Source: Candidatus Omnitrophota bacterium
GTDB taxonomy: Bacteria > Omnitrophota > Gorgyraeia > Zapsychrales > Zapsychraceae
Length of the DNA: 64,000 bases
Direction: 5' to 3'
Assembly: GCA_028280285.1 (NCBI GenBank)
Contig: JANQMA010000001.1
Coordinates: 7,184-71,183 of the forward strand
Positions 47,942 to 59,949 of this stretch are shown here, piece after piece. The notes under the pieces were generated by a model. The model saw only the letters and a list, made by a program, of their open reading frames with translations, had not been told where the DNA came from and did not search any database. Numbering within the stretch: the first letter of the stretch is position 1; the number at the start of each line of letters is the position of its first letter. Both the position numbers and the translations under genes were made by a program.

Positions 47942-48181
47942 TTAATCTTCTTGCGGTGCTTCTTCTTCCACATACATATGCTCTTCCGACTCCCTAGAAA
48001 CAACCTTGCCCTCATAAATCTCTTCCAATGCTTTGGTTGTCGCTTTTTCACTCAGCGGCACATCAACTAAGCATTTTTTGCCATCAGAAATTTCAAGCGC
48101 CCTTTTTGCGGCCATTCTCACAAGGCCATACACGCTCATATTTGCCTTTGGCAAAAGATCTTCTAAAACTTTATATTCCAT
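47942..48181 (-). CDS. rpoZ: RNA polymerase omega subunit
   Basis: YGLVRMAAKRALEI...KATTKALEEI; gmk-rpoZ-coa synteny. Confidence 0.9.
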   Translation of the reverse strand: MEYKVLEDLLPKANMSVYGLVRMAAKRALEISDGKKCLVDVPLSEKATTKALEEIYEGKVVSRESEEHMYVEEEAPQED

Positions 48182-48236
48182 AATAATCTCCTATATATAT
48201 TAAATCCCTATTATATAAGTAAATATAATAGGGATG

Positions 48237-48265
48237 AATATACCACAGGGCCTAATTAATGTCAA
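48237..48265 (-). promoter_or_regulatory. Internal sigma70 promoter upstream of rpoZ
   Basis: TTGACA-17-TATATT, followed by a 13-bp leader hairpin ATCCCTATTATAT/ATATAATAGGGAT. Confidence 0.6.
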
Positions 48266-48307
48266 AATAAACTTTTGGTCCCAAATGCCTCTTAAATATC
48301 GACTTAT

Positions 48308-48895
48308 CTATCCTTTCCCCCTCTGGTTTATCTCATTTTTGATGATTTTAACAAGGGCGCGGTAGGCGCGCTCAATCCTATCGTTGATAACGTTATACTC
48401 ATAGAATCCGGCCTCCTTCATTTCATCCTTCGCCGTCTTGAGCCTTAAACTGACTGTTTTCGCATCTTCCGAACCTCTTTGAATAAGACGTTTCTTAAGC
48501 TCAGCTAAACTTGGTGGCTTGACAAAAATCTTGATGCTTTGGGGTATTTTGCGGGCAACAACCTTGGCTCCTTTAACGTCTATACACAAAAGGACATTTT
48601 TCCCACTTTTAAGTATGTCTTTGACCGCTTTAAGTGGTGTTCCGTAATAGTTATCAAAAACCTTCATGTTTTCCAAAAAATGTCCGGCACGCTTTTTATA
48701 CACAAACATCTTTGGACTGACAAAAAAATAATCCCGCCCGTGGCGCTCTCCTTCTCGTTTGGGACGTGTCGTTACAGAAATCGATTTGACAATTTGTCCC
48801 TTTAAACCCTTATCCTTAAGCAAGCGTTTATAGAGCGTCGTCTTTCCCGAGCCCGACGGGCCGGAGATGATAAATACTTTTCCCTTCTTTCTCAT
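48308..48895 (-). CDS. gmk: Guanylate kinase
   Basis: SGPSGSGKTT, TTRPKREGE, YYGTP. Confidence 0.95.
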   Translation of the reverse strand: MRKKGKVFIISGPSGSGKTTLYKRLLKDKGLKGQIVKSISVTTRPKREGERHGRDYFFVSPKMFVYKKRAGHFLENMKVFDNYYGTPLKAVKDILKSGKNVLLCIDVKGAKVVARKIPQSIKIFVKPPSLAELKKRLIQRGSEDAKTVSLRLKTAKDEMKEAGFYEYNVINDRIERAYRALVKIIKNEINQRGKG

Positions 48896-49716
48896 TATTC
48901 GATATTCTGTGCTTGCTCGCGGATTTTTTCGACTTTGCTTTTCATCGAAATAACAGCATTGGAAACAACTTTGTCCTGCAGTTTGGAGCCGATGGTATTG
49001 GTCTCCCTTTGCATTTCCTGAGCGATAAAATCTATGCGCTTGCCGACGGAGTTTGTGCTTTTTAAAAGTTTTTTGATTTCGGCTATATAATGGTTAAGGC
49101 GTGAGAGCTCTTCATTGATATCGTTGCTTCTTTGAAATGATTGAAATTCCTCATCGGAAAATTTTTTCTTCTTTTCCTTTAAAATAAATTTAGCGCGGGC
49201 ACTTATCTTTTTAGTGTTGACCGCCATTTGTTTAAGCTTCTCAGTAACATCCGTCGCCAAGCTTCTGCCTTCGCGTTTGCGCATATTAACTAATGTTATA
49301 ATTGTTTTTTTAAGTGCCTTTTCAATGTCAGGCCATAGTTTATCCGGGTTAATCATTGTTTCTTTCGCCTCCAAAACCCCGGGCAGGCGAATTAAGTCGG
49401 ATAAAGACAAATCATTTTTTAACTTAAATTCTTTTTTAAGGCTGTTGGCGTATCTTATATGTGCCTTAACAACACCTTTGTTAAGGGCAATGGTCTGCGC
49501 CGGCTTATCGATAATTCGTAGAGATACTGTTACACGCCCACGTTGCAGACTCTTTTGCAATACTTGACGCATTTTATTTTCGATTGAGTTGTAACCTATT
49601 GGTAAATAATAGTTTACATCGAGATAACGGTTATTGAGGCTTTTGATTTCAATCACAGCCTTAATGGCCCCGGATGTGAATTGCACGGCACCAAAACCGG
49701 TCATACCCTTAATCAT
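48895..49716 (-). CDS. yicC: YicC/YloC-family endoribonuclease
   Basis: MIKGMTGFG, EIKSLNNRYLD, GKRIDFIAQEMQRETNTIGSK, EKIREQAQNIE; ATG 49716 overlaps the ndk stop. Confidence 0.92.
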   Translation of the reverse strand: MIKGMTGFGAVQFTSGAIKAVIEIKSLNNRYLDVNYYLPIGYNSIENKMRQVLQKSLQRGRVTVSLRIIDKPAQTIALNKGVVKAHIRYANSLKKEFKLKNDLSLSDLIRLPGVLEAKETMINPDKLWPDIEKALKKTIITLVNMRKREGRSLATDVTEKLKQMAVNTKKISARAKFILKEKKKKFSDEEFQSFQRSNDINEELSRLNHYIAEIKKLLKSTNSVGKRIDFIAQEMQRETNTIGSKLQDKVVSNAVISMKSKVEKIREQAQNIE

Positions 49717-50210
49717 ACCCACACGGTCCTTTCGGTTGCCGCGCGTGTATCCGTTGGATAAACGGACACGCTTACCTCTTCCGGAGAAAACCAAAGTTTG
49801 ATTTCACGCTCGGCTTCATCATCGTCAGATGATACATGTACAACATTTTCAAATAGCCCGTCAGTCCGTACGCGGCCAAACGCTCCGCGGATCGACCATG
49901 GATCCGCCTTTTCAGGATGTGTCGCTCCGGCAACACCACGGCACTTGGCAATCGCATCTTCCCCGTAATATATGACGGCTATCATATTTTTGTTTTGATG
50001 AAGCTTTCCGGTGAGATAATCAATCAGTTCGTTGAAGAAGTCTTTATCTTTGAGATGATTATAATGCTCACGGGCCAGTTCTTCGGTGGCGATAATAGAC
50101 TTCATTCCAATGATGTCTAGCTTTGTTTGGGCAAATTTGTCTAACACACTACTTAATAACCCGCGGGTCATCCCGTCGGGCTTTACAATAACTAACGCTG
50201 CTTGGTTCAT
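49713..50210 (-). CDS. ndk: Nucleoside diphosphate kinase
   Basis: IVKPDG, GATHP, SIRGAFG, NVVHVS, EREIKLWF. Confidence 0.9.
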   Translation of the reverse strand: MNQAALVIVKPDGMTRGLLSSVLDKFAQTKLDIIGMKSIIATEELAREHYNHLKDKDFFNELIDYLTGKLHQNKNMIAVIYYGEDAIAKCRGVAGATHPEKADPWSIRGAFGRVRTDGLFENVVHVSSDDDEAEREIKLWFSPEEVSVSVYPTDTRAATERTVWV

Positions 50211-51067
50211 TTTTTTATAATACCTATAATCCTATCTAAATCATCAAGGGAGTAATATTCTATGATGATTTTTCCCCTTTTTTTCTTAAACTCAACCCCA
50301 ACCTTTGTTCCTAGAACACCTTGCAACTCTTCTTCAAGCGCCTTGATTTCATGGGCGTTTTCCGGTGTCTTTTTCTTTTTCTTTGGAACATATTTTGTCT
50401 CTGTCCGAATCAAGCTTTCAAGCTCACGGACACTTAATTTTTTTTCAATGACAATACGATAAAACTGATCCCGTATATCGGGAGACTCAATGGACAATAA
50501 TGTCCGGGCATGCCCCATTGTCAACCTGCCCTTTGAAACACCATCCCGGATGGCCGGCGAAAGCTTAAGCAGCCGGACCATATTGGTAACCGTTGAGCGG
50601 TTTTTACCAACCGATTCGGCAATTTCTTCCTGCGTGTAGTCAAAATCCGTCAATAATGTCTGATAGGCCTCTGCCTCTTCAATAGGATCCAAATCTTCCC
50701 TTTGCAGGTTTTCAATTAAGGCAATAACAAGGGTCTGCTGGTCATTGAGCTCATGCTCAATGGCGGGAACCTCACGAAGACCGAGCTCTTGGGCTGCGCG
50801 CAGCCTCCTTTCGCCAGCTACGACTTCATAATGGTCATCTTTTTTGCGGACCAGAAGCGGCTGAAGAATTCCCTGGTCCTGAATGGATTTCTTCAGTTCC
50901 TCAAGCCTGGCAGGGTCATAATGCGTTCTTGGCTGCATGCTATTCTTCTGAATATCCATTGTTGAAATGTATATAACATTTGCCTTGGATTCAGCTCCTG
51001 CCTCTTTTAAATCTTTTTTAATCGGTATAAGCGCCGAAAGTCCTTTTCCTAATGCCTTGTTGTCCAT
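50207..51067 (-). CDS. parB: Chromosome partitioning protein ParB
   Basis: ALGKGLSAL, QPR, AGERRLRA, IENLQREDL, HTH. Confidence 0.96.
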   Translation of the reverse strand: MDNKALGKGLSALIPIKKDLKEAGAESKANVIYISTMDIQKNSMQPRTHYDPARLEELKKSIQDQGILQPLLVRKKDDHYEVVAGERRLRAAQELGLREVPAIEHELNDQQTLVIALIENLQREDLDPIEEAEAYQTLLTDFDYTQEEIAESVGKNRSTVTNMVRLLKLSPAIRDGVSKGRLTMGHARTLLSIESPDIRDQFYRIVIEKKLSVRELESLIRTETKYVPKKKKKTPENAHEIKALEEELQGVLGTKVGVEFKKKRGKIIIEYYSLDDLDRIIGIIKK

Positions 51068-51106
51068 ATATTATGCCCCTTAAATGTTCATTAATTGAAC
51101 ATTAAA

Positions 51107-52033
51107 CTATTTCGCCTTCTCTTCTTTATTTACTTCAATATCCTGATCAGAAGAAACCATTTCTTCTTCTGCTGCCCTATCAACAATTGTTTCGCGATTG
51201 ATTTCTATTGGCGCCTCTTCGATAACTTCCTGCTCGATTTCTTCTAAGTTACTGATATAAAATGACTTATCTGATTTTTGATTGATAACCTCAAGCGCGA
51301 GCTCTTGATATTTCTTTGCCCCGATCGAATGAGGATCATACGCTGTAATTGGTTTCCCGTGGCTCGGCGCCTCACTCAAGCGGATATTGCGCGGGATGAT
51401 CGTATTGTAAACATCATCCTGAAAATAATTCTTTATCTCATCAATGACCTCCGAGGTAAGATTGGTGCGGAAGTCTGCCATGGTCATCAACACCCCTTCT
51501 ATCTCAAGGCCGGGGTTTAGATTCTCCTTAACCAGATTAAGCGTATTCATCAACTGGGATACCCCCTCAAGCGCATAGAATTCACATTGGATAGGAATAA
51601 TAATTGAATCGCTGGCAACAAGCGCATTAAGAGTAATCAATCCCAGCGACGGCGGAGAATCGATCAAGACAAAATCATAATTAGGTAATACTGTCTCGAT
51701 CCCCTTCTTTAAGCGCAGCTCTCTGGACATAACCCCAACCAACTCGATTTCGGCGCCGGTGAGGTTTATATTACATGGAATGATGTCTAGATTTTCAAAC
51801 TGGGTTTGGATAATGATATTTTCAGGAGAAATAGAATTGACGAGGAGATCATAAACCGAATGCTCAAGCTCACTTTTATTGACCCCTACCCCACTTGTTG
51901 CGTTTCCTTGGGGATCAACATCAACAATAAGGACCTTTTTCCCTTGCTGAGCAAGTGCTGCGGAGAGATTGACCGTAGTAGTGGTCTTCCCTGTTCCGCC
52001 CTTCTGATTAGCTACAATAATAACCTTGGCCAT
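51107..52033 (-). CDS. parA: Chromosome partitioning ATPase ParA/Soj with an acidic C-terminal tail
   Basis: NQKGGTGKTTT, DPQGNA, DSPPSLG, QCEFYALEG, LSEAPSHG. Confidence 0.96.
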   Translation of the reverse strand: MAKVIIVANQKGGTGKTTTTVNLSAALAQQGKKVLIVDVDPQGNATSGVGVNKSELEHSVYDLLVNSISPENIIIQTQFENLDIIPCNINLTGAEIELVGVMSRELRLKKGIETVLPNYDFVLIDSPPSLGLITLNALVASDSIIIPIQCEFYALEGVSQLMNTLNLVKENLNPGLEIEGVLMTMADFRTNLTSEVIDEIKNYFQDDVYNTIIPRNIRLSEAPSHGKPITAYDPHSIGAKKYQELALEVINQKSDKSFYISNLEEIEQEVIEEAPIEINRETIVDRAAEEEMVSSDQDIEVNKEEKAK

Positions 52034-52053
52034 AAGAAAACTAACTTATCTCG

Positions 52054-52100
52054 TGTTCCACGTGAAACATTTTTTGGCTTGAAACGTTTCACGTGGAACA
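52054..52100. promoter_or_regulatory. Two parS sites
   Basis: TGTTCCACGTGAAACA (52054-52069) and CGTTTCACGTGGAACA (52085-52100). Confidence 0.92.
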
Positions 52101-52151
52101 TTGTTCTATATTCTTATTTTGCACCAAAAATGAAAAAAATCAAGTGATTTT

Positions 52152-52340
52152 TTACTTAACAAAGACCTTTATTTTGGCTGGCTTTGCCCCTTCCATCCCA
52201 AATAGGCCTTTTTTCTCCTCACACACAACCTTAACCTCGATTTTATCACGAGAAACGCCCAACTCTTCCATAGCCTTTTGTATGGCTTCTTCGACCGTGG
52301 CCCCTTCGACTTCAATAGATTTTTGTGGATTTTCGTTCAT
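52152..52340 (-). CDS. Stand-alone Jag N-terminal domain protein
   Basis: EGATVEEAIQKAMEELGVSRDKIEVKVV...KKGLFG...PAKIKV; ATG coupled to the yidC stop (TAATG); no KH or R3H domain. Confidence 0.85.
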   Translation of the reverse strand: MNENPQKSIEVEGATVEEAIQKAMEELGVSRDKIEVKVVCEEKKGLFGMEGAKPAKIKVFVK

Positions 52341-54004
52341 TAGCCCACCTTTATCTCTTTTGACATTTTCCACTGAGTTATTGTGGAAAAAATGTAATAC
52401 ATCGTAAAATATAGTGTCAGCCCGCTAGAAAATTTATAGAATATAAAGCCCAGCACAAACGGCATCATTACGCTCATCATCTTCTGCTGCTGAAGCTGTA
52501 TAGGATCTGTCGTGACCATTGCTTTTGTCGAAAATTTCTGCTGGAAATACATAATAATTATCATTAGAATCGGCAAAAGATTGAATTCATTGCCTATAAT
52601 CGGAATGCTGAATGGCATTATAAATAATCGGTCGGGCTCTGTTAAGTCGTTGATCCACAAGAACTTTGAACCCTTAAAAGCAACTGAGCGCCATAAAACC
52701 TGATATAAACCAAGAAATATTGGCGCTTGTAGAAGTACTGGCAGACACCCTCCTGCCGGATTTATCTTCTCCTTTTTATATATTTCCATCATTTCCGCAT
52801 TCATTTTCTGCGGATTATCCTTATATTTCTCCTTCAGAGCATTGATTTTAGGCCCTACCGCCTGCATTTTCCGCATAGACAGCATACTCTTCTTTGTCAG
52901 CGGATACATAGAGAAATACACCAAAACGCTTAATATGACAATACAGGCCCCCCAATTAGGGACAATTTTGTATAAAAGATGCATTATTTGGTTGATAAGC
53001 TTCCCGGCAAAGTCAAAAAGCCCGAAACGGTAATATTTCTTGATTTTTTCGAATCCCAGTCCTATGGGTTTCAGTTTGGACATTTCCTCCGGTCCTATAT
53101 AGACTGTAGTGGTATATTCACTATAGCTTCCGGCTGGAATTTCAACCTCCTGTGAAAATAGCTTAATGCCCATGCGCTGGGATTTCATTTTTGAGCCGAA
53201 AAACCCCTTTTCTTCGGTCATATAGACACTACTCAAGTCAGGTTTAATGGCAAATCCAGCGGTTTCAAACTCAGGCTTCACGATAGCGCAGAAATAGCGA
53301 TCTCTGTAGGCCGCCCAATCGACCCCCTTTTCCTCTCTTATTGCTTCCTCGTCGTCAAATGAATAGGCCTTTGCCTTTCTGTGAGTCTTCTTGCCATATT
53401 TTACAGCATATTCATTAAGAGTTTTATCCCTTTGGGCCGCCATATCGCTTTCATCAATGTCCATTCTGGAAGAGTCGATAATATAGGCAAAAAATTCCGG
53501 CGCAATCAGTTTGGACATTTCTGATTTATTGAAAATCCGTGTGGTTGTGTTAAGTATATATCCGCCGCCATTAAGTTTATATGATTGAATGACCTTAAAG
53601 GCTTCATCGTCATATTCAAACGTTGCAGAATTTCCACTCATCTGAGTGGACACAAATGGCTTGTTTGAAAAAAGCTTTGGAATGCCTATATTGGCAATTG
53701 GGAGTGTTGCTTGATATTCTGTAATAAAGACTTCTTTGACGGCAGCGCCTCTATCTGTTAAAACAAGCTTGAGCTCATCAGACTCAAGGGTATACTCTTG
53801 CGCCTCAACTACGGGCTCTTTGGGGGAAACAGCAAGAATATCAGAAGAGGGAGGGACATCCTTGACTGGGGCATCTACAACCTGTTCTTTATCAGAAGTT
53901 TGTGTATAGTTGGTGTTTGGCTCCGGTGCTTTTTGGGTCAGAAGCCCCCAGAAATAAAGCACACCAAAAGACAAGACCACAGCCAGAATGAAACGTTTTT
54001 CCAT
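52340..54004 (-). CDS. yidC: Membrane protein insertase YidC
   Basis: MEKRFILA, periplasmic domain, NWG, NPAGGCLP, FLWINDL, SGLTLY. Confidence 0.95.
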   Translation of the reverse strand: MEKRFILAVVLSFGVLYFWGLLTQKAPEPNTNYTQTSDKEQVVDAPVKDVPPSSDILAVSPKEPVVEAQEYTLESDELKLVLTDRGAAVKEVFITEYQATLPIANIGIPKLFSNKPFVSTQMSGNSATFEYDDEAFKVIQSYKLNGGGYILNTTTRIFNKSEMSKLIAPEFFAYIIDSSRMDIDESDMAAQRDKTLNEYAVKYGKKTHRKAKAYSFDDEEAIREEKGVDWAAYRDRYFCAIVKPEFETAGFAIKPDLSSVYMTEEKGFFGSKMKSQRMGIKLFSQEVEIPAGSYSEYTTTVYIGPEEMSKLKPIGLGFEKIKKYYRFGLFDFAGKLINQIMHLLYKIVPNWGACIVILSVLVYFSMYPLTKKSMLSMRKMQAVGPKINALKEKYKDNPQKMNAEMMEIYKKEKINPAGGCLPVLLQAPIFLGLYQVLWRSVAFKGSKFLWINDLTEPDRLFIMPFSIPIIGNEFNLLPILMIIIMYFQQKFSTKAMVTTDPIQLQQQKMMSVMMPFVLGFIFYKFSSGLTLYFTMYYIFSTITQWKMSKEIKVG

Positions 54005-54072
54005 ATGAAGAAACCTCGCCCCAAAAACACTTAAGTGCTTTTAAGACAAGGATATTGAACCGTAAAATTCGC

Positions 54073-54210
54073 TTATTTAGTTAATTGTTTGCGCCCTTTT
54101 CTTCGTCGACGATTGATAATATCCCGCCCTGACGAAGTCTCCATGCGCTTGCGAAAACCGTGCGTTCGTTTACCTTTAAGGATTGTAGGTGTTTTAAGAT
54201 TCTTTTTCAT
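54073..54210 (-). CDS. rpmH: 50S ribosomal protein L34
   Basis: Below the track size cut-off; manual translation [45 protein letters not shown]. Confidence 0.95.
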   Translation of the reverse strand: MKKNLKTPTILKGKRTHGFRKRMETSSGRDIINRRRRKGRKQLTK

Positions 54211-54219
54211 AATTCGCAG

Positions 54220-54247
54220 ATTATAACATACAAAATAACATAGTCAA
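54220..54247 (-). promoter_or_regulatory. rpmH promoter
   Basis: TTGACT-16-TATAAT with TGn extension, 9 nt before the ATG. Confidence 0.65.
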
Positions 54248-54318
54248 GGTATTATAATAACCACCTTATTTAAGAAGGGGGGTAGTGAAAGGCCTTTATT
54301 TTTAACAATTTACAGACC

Positions 54319-54434
54319 TGTGGAAAAATAGATTTGAAATAAAAAATTTCTTTGTTATAATGTTCCAACCTTTTAGAAGGGGCGGTCTTTCAAAAACAGC
54401 AAGAACCAATCAACTTATTCACACCTGTGGAAAA
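54319..54434. other. DnaA-box cluster upstream of dnaA (oriC part 1)
   Basis: TGTGGAAAA (54319, 54426) and TTATTCACA (54415) in an AT-rich spacer. Confidence 0.7.
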
Positions 54435-54513
54435 CTTGTTGATTTTATTTTAATAAAACCTTAAATTGTTTAATTTCAATTATTTAGGAAAGCAATAGAT
54501 ATTAACAATTCAA

Positions 54514-55851
54514 ATGAACCTCACAACCGCCTGGGACAAAGCACAAAATGACATACGCAGCAAAATAGGGGACACCTCCTATGACACCTGGTTTTCACCA
54601 CTGCAGGTCAAAGAAAAACCCCCGGAAACCCTTCTGATCGAAACCCCGGATGACTTTTTTAAAAACTGGATTATTGAGCATTATTGCGACTATATCCAAA
54701 ATATTGTTAATGAGCACGCTCAAAAATCTATCCGCGTCGAATATTCTGTCAACACAAACATGATTCAGCAAGAGGAGGCAAGCCCGGCGTACGATATCGT
54801 GGGGGGTAACATTGTCGAGAAGCACGTCAATAAAATCAATCTTAATGCTTGTTTTACATTTGATAATTTCGTTATCGGCCCGTCTAACCGTTTCGCTTGC
54901 GCAGCGTCACTTGCCGTCGCTGAAGCCCCAGCGAAAGCCTATAATCCGCTTTTTATTTATGGGCAAGTTGGTCTAGGCAAAACCCATTTGATTCAATCAA
55001 TCACTCACAAAATACAAGAGCTTAATCCGCAATTGAGCGTCTGCTATATGTCGTCGGAAAAATTCACAAACGAACTTATCGATGCTATTCGCCACAAATC
55101 AACAACCGAATTCCGCAAAAAGTATAGAAACATTGACGTTCTTTTGATTGACGATATTCAATTCATTGCCGGAAAAGAATCAACCCAGGAAGAATTTTTC
55201 CACACATTTAACAACCTGCACGACAACAGAAAACAAATTATTATCACATCCGACCGCCCACCAAACGAAATTGCGAAACTGGAAGAGAGGCTGCGTTCCC
55301 GGTTTGCTTGGGGCCTTATCACAGACATTCAACCACCGGACTTTGAGACGCGTGTGGCAATTCTTAAGAAAAAGATGGAAAATGAGTCGGTAAATATTCC
55401 TGATGAGGTTGTTTTGTTTATTGCGGAGCAAATTAAGACAAATATCCGGGAGTTGGAGGGGGCACTTATCCGTGTTGCCGCCTACTCAATGCTTGAGGAT
55501 AACCCTGTAACCCTTGATATGGCCAAAATCATCTTAAAAGATATGGTCAAGGCATCCGCTAAAACTATTAGTGTTGAAATGGTTCAAAAAACGGTAGCTG
55601 AATTTTATAATCTATCTGTTTCAGACCTCCAGGGTAAAAAAAGGCTTAAAAATATTGTCACCGCGCGCCAGGTTGCTATGTACTTATCGCGTCAACTAAC
55701 CCATATGTCGCTGCCTGAGGTAGGAAACGCGTTTGGGGGTAAAGATCATACAACTGTTCTTCATTCCTGTAAAAAAGTTGAGGCAGAACTAAACACAAAC
55801 AATGACATAAAAAACGCAATATATGAATTATCCACAAAATTAAAGTGTTAA
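54514..55851 (+). CDS. dnaA: Replication initiator DnaA
   Basis: YNPLFIYGQVGLGKTHL, LLIDDIQF, NIRELEGAL, FGGKDHTTVLH. Confidence 0.98.
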   Translation: MNLTTAWDKAQNDIRSKIGDTSYDTWFSPLQVKEKPPETLLIETPDDFFKNWIIEHYCDYIQNIVNEHAQKSIRVEYSVNTNMIQQEEASPAYDIVGGNIVEKHVNKINLNACFTFDNFVIGPSNRFACAASLAVAEAPAKAYNPLFIYGQVGLGKTHLIQSITHKIQELNPQLSVCYMSSEKFTNELIDAIRHKSTTEFRKKYRNIDVLLIDDIQFIAGKESTQEEFFHTFNNLHDNRKQIIITSDRPPNEIAKLEERLRSRFAWGLITDIQPPDFETRVAILKKKMENESVNIPDEVVLFIAEQIKTNIRELEGALIRVAAYSMLEDNPVTLDMAKIILKDMVKASAKTISVEMVQKTVAEFYNLSVSDLQGKKRLKNIVTARQVAMYLSRQLTHMSLPEVGNAFGGKDHTTVLHSCKKVEAELNTNNDIKNAIYELSTKLKC

Positions 55852-55970
55852 TTCATTATATATTCACTTGTTATCAACAGGTTATTTTTACGTAAGTTAT
55901 TTAATAATTTAAAGTTAAAACGTTATTCAAATTATCCACAAACACTATTAATACGACTACTAGTTAACTA
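55828..55970. other. oriC unwinding region: DnaA boxes plus DnaA-trios
   Basis: TTATCCACA (55828, 55932), TTATCAACA (55871), then CTA-TTA-ATA-CGA-CTA-CTA (55945-55962). Confidence 0.85.
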
Positions 55971-55998
55971 AATATAAAGTATACAGGAGTGTGAATAA

Positions 55999-57087
55999 AT
56001 GAAAATTAAGATATCTAAAGAAGATTTGTTTACAAATATACAAACCGTACAGAATATTGTATCCCCAAAAGCAACATTACCTATTCTATCTAATATACTT
56101 GTTGAAGCAAAGAACGATAAAATCAAACTTAATGCAACTGATTTAGATATCGGTATATCCTGTGAATTACCTGTGAAAACTGTTGAAGAAGGGGCAATAA
56201 CTATTCCCGCTAAACGATTTAGCGATATAGTTAAAGAGTTGCCATCTGGGGATATCACAATCCACGCAAAGAAGAACAACCAAATCGATATAGAAGGAAC
56301 TCAATGCCGTTTTAAACTTATCGGTCTTCCTAAAGATGAATTCCCTAAATTCCCGGAATTTAATCAAAAAGATATTGTTAAGATCGATCAAAAAACATTT
56401 AAAAACATGCTCAAATTAACAGCGTTTGCTGTATCACATGAGGAATCACGGTATGTCCTAAACGGGGTCTTAATGGAGGTTGAAGAAGGGATTATACGCC
56501 TGGTCGCCACAGACGGCCGCAGGCTCGCCAAAACAGAAAACAGTATCAACTCCTCTGTGAAGAAAGATTTTAGTGTAATCCTCCCAACCAAAGCAATCCA
56601 AGAAATCAGCCGTAACCTTGAGGATGAAGGAGAGCTCTCCATTATTATCAATACAAATCAGGTTTTATTTAATGTGAACGATGTTCTTATTGCCACACGT
56701 GTGATTGAAGGAGAGTTTCCAAACTATAATCAAGTCATCCCAAAAGAAACCAGTAATAAAATCAAGATAAACACAAAAGAATTTTTGGCAGCCATTAGAA
56801 GAGCTAATCTCCTCACAACACCTGATTTTCAAGCAATTAAACTGGAAGTGTTTAAAGAAAAAGTTGTAATATCTAAAACAACACCAGATATTGGAGAATC
56901 AAGAGAAGAAGTTTTTGTTGATTATAATAAAGATGAACTAGTGGTAGGATTTAACCCACATTTTTTAATCGATTTTCTCAAAAACATCGATGACGAGTTT
57001 ATTAATTTAGAATTACTGGGGGTTGATAAACCAGCTGTTATACGGATGGAGGGGTATTTATACCTCGCACTACCTATGCGGATTTAA
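55999..57087 (+). CDS. dnaN: DNA polymerase III beta clamp
   Basis: TLPILSN, ATDLD, SRYVLNG, VATDGRRL, GEFPNY, LPMRI. Confidence 0.97.
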   Translation: MKIKISKEDLFTNIQTVQNIVSPKATLPILSNILVEAKNDKIKLNATDLDIGISCELPVKTVEEGAITIPAKRFSDIVKELPSGDITIHAKKNNQIDIEGTQCRFKLIGLPKDEFPKFPEFNQKDIVKIDQKTFKNMLKLTAFAVSHEESRYVLNGVLMEVEEGIIRLVATDGRRLAKTENSINSSVKKDFSVILPTKAIQEISRNLEDEGELSIIINTNQVLFNVNDVLIATRVIEGEFPNYNQVIPKETSNKIKINTKEFLAAIRRANLLTTPDFQAIKLEVFKEKVVISKTTPDIGESREEVFVDYNKDELVVGFNPHFLIDFLKNIDDEFINLELLGVDKPAVIRMEGYLYLALPMRI

Positions 57088-57124
57088 AAAGAATAAAATA
57101 TTTTATAGAATATAAATTCGGTTT

Positions 57125-59928
<2,804 letters not shown>

Positions 59929-59949
59929 GATGTTTTAGAAAGGAAACAC

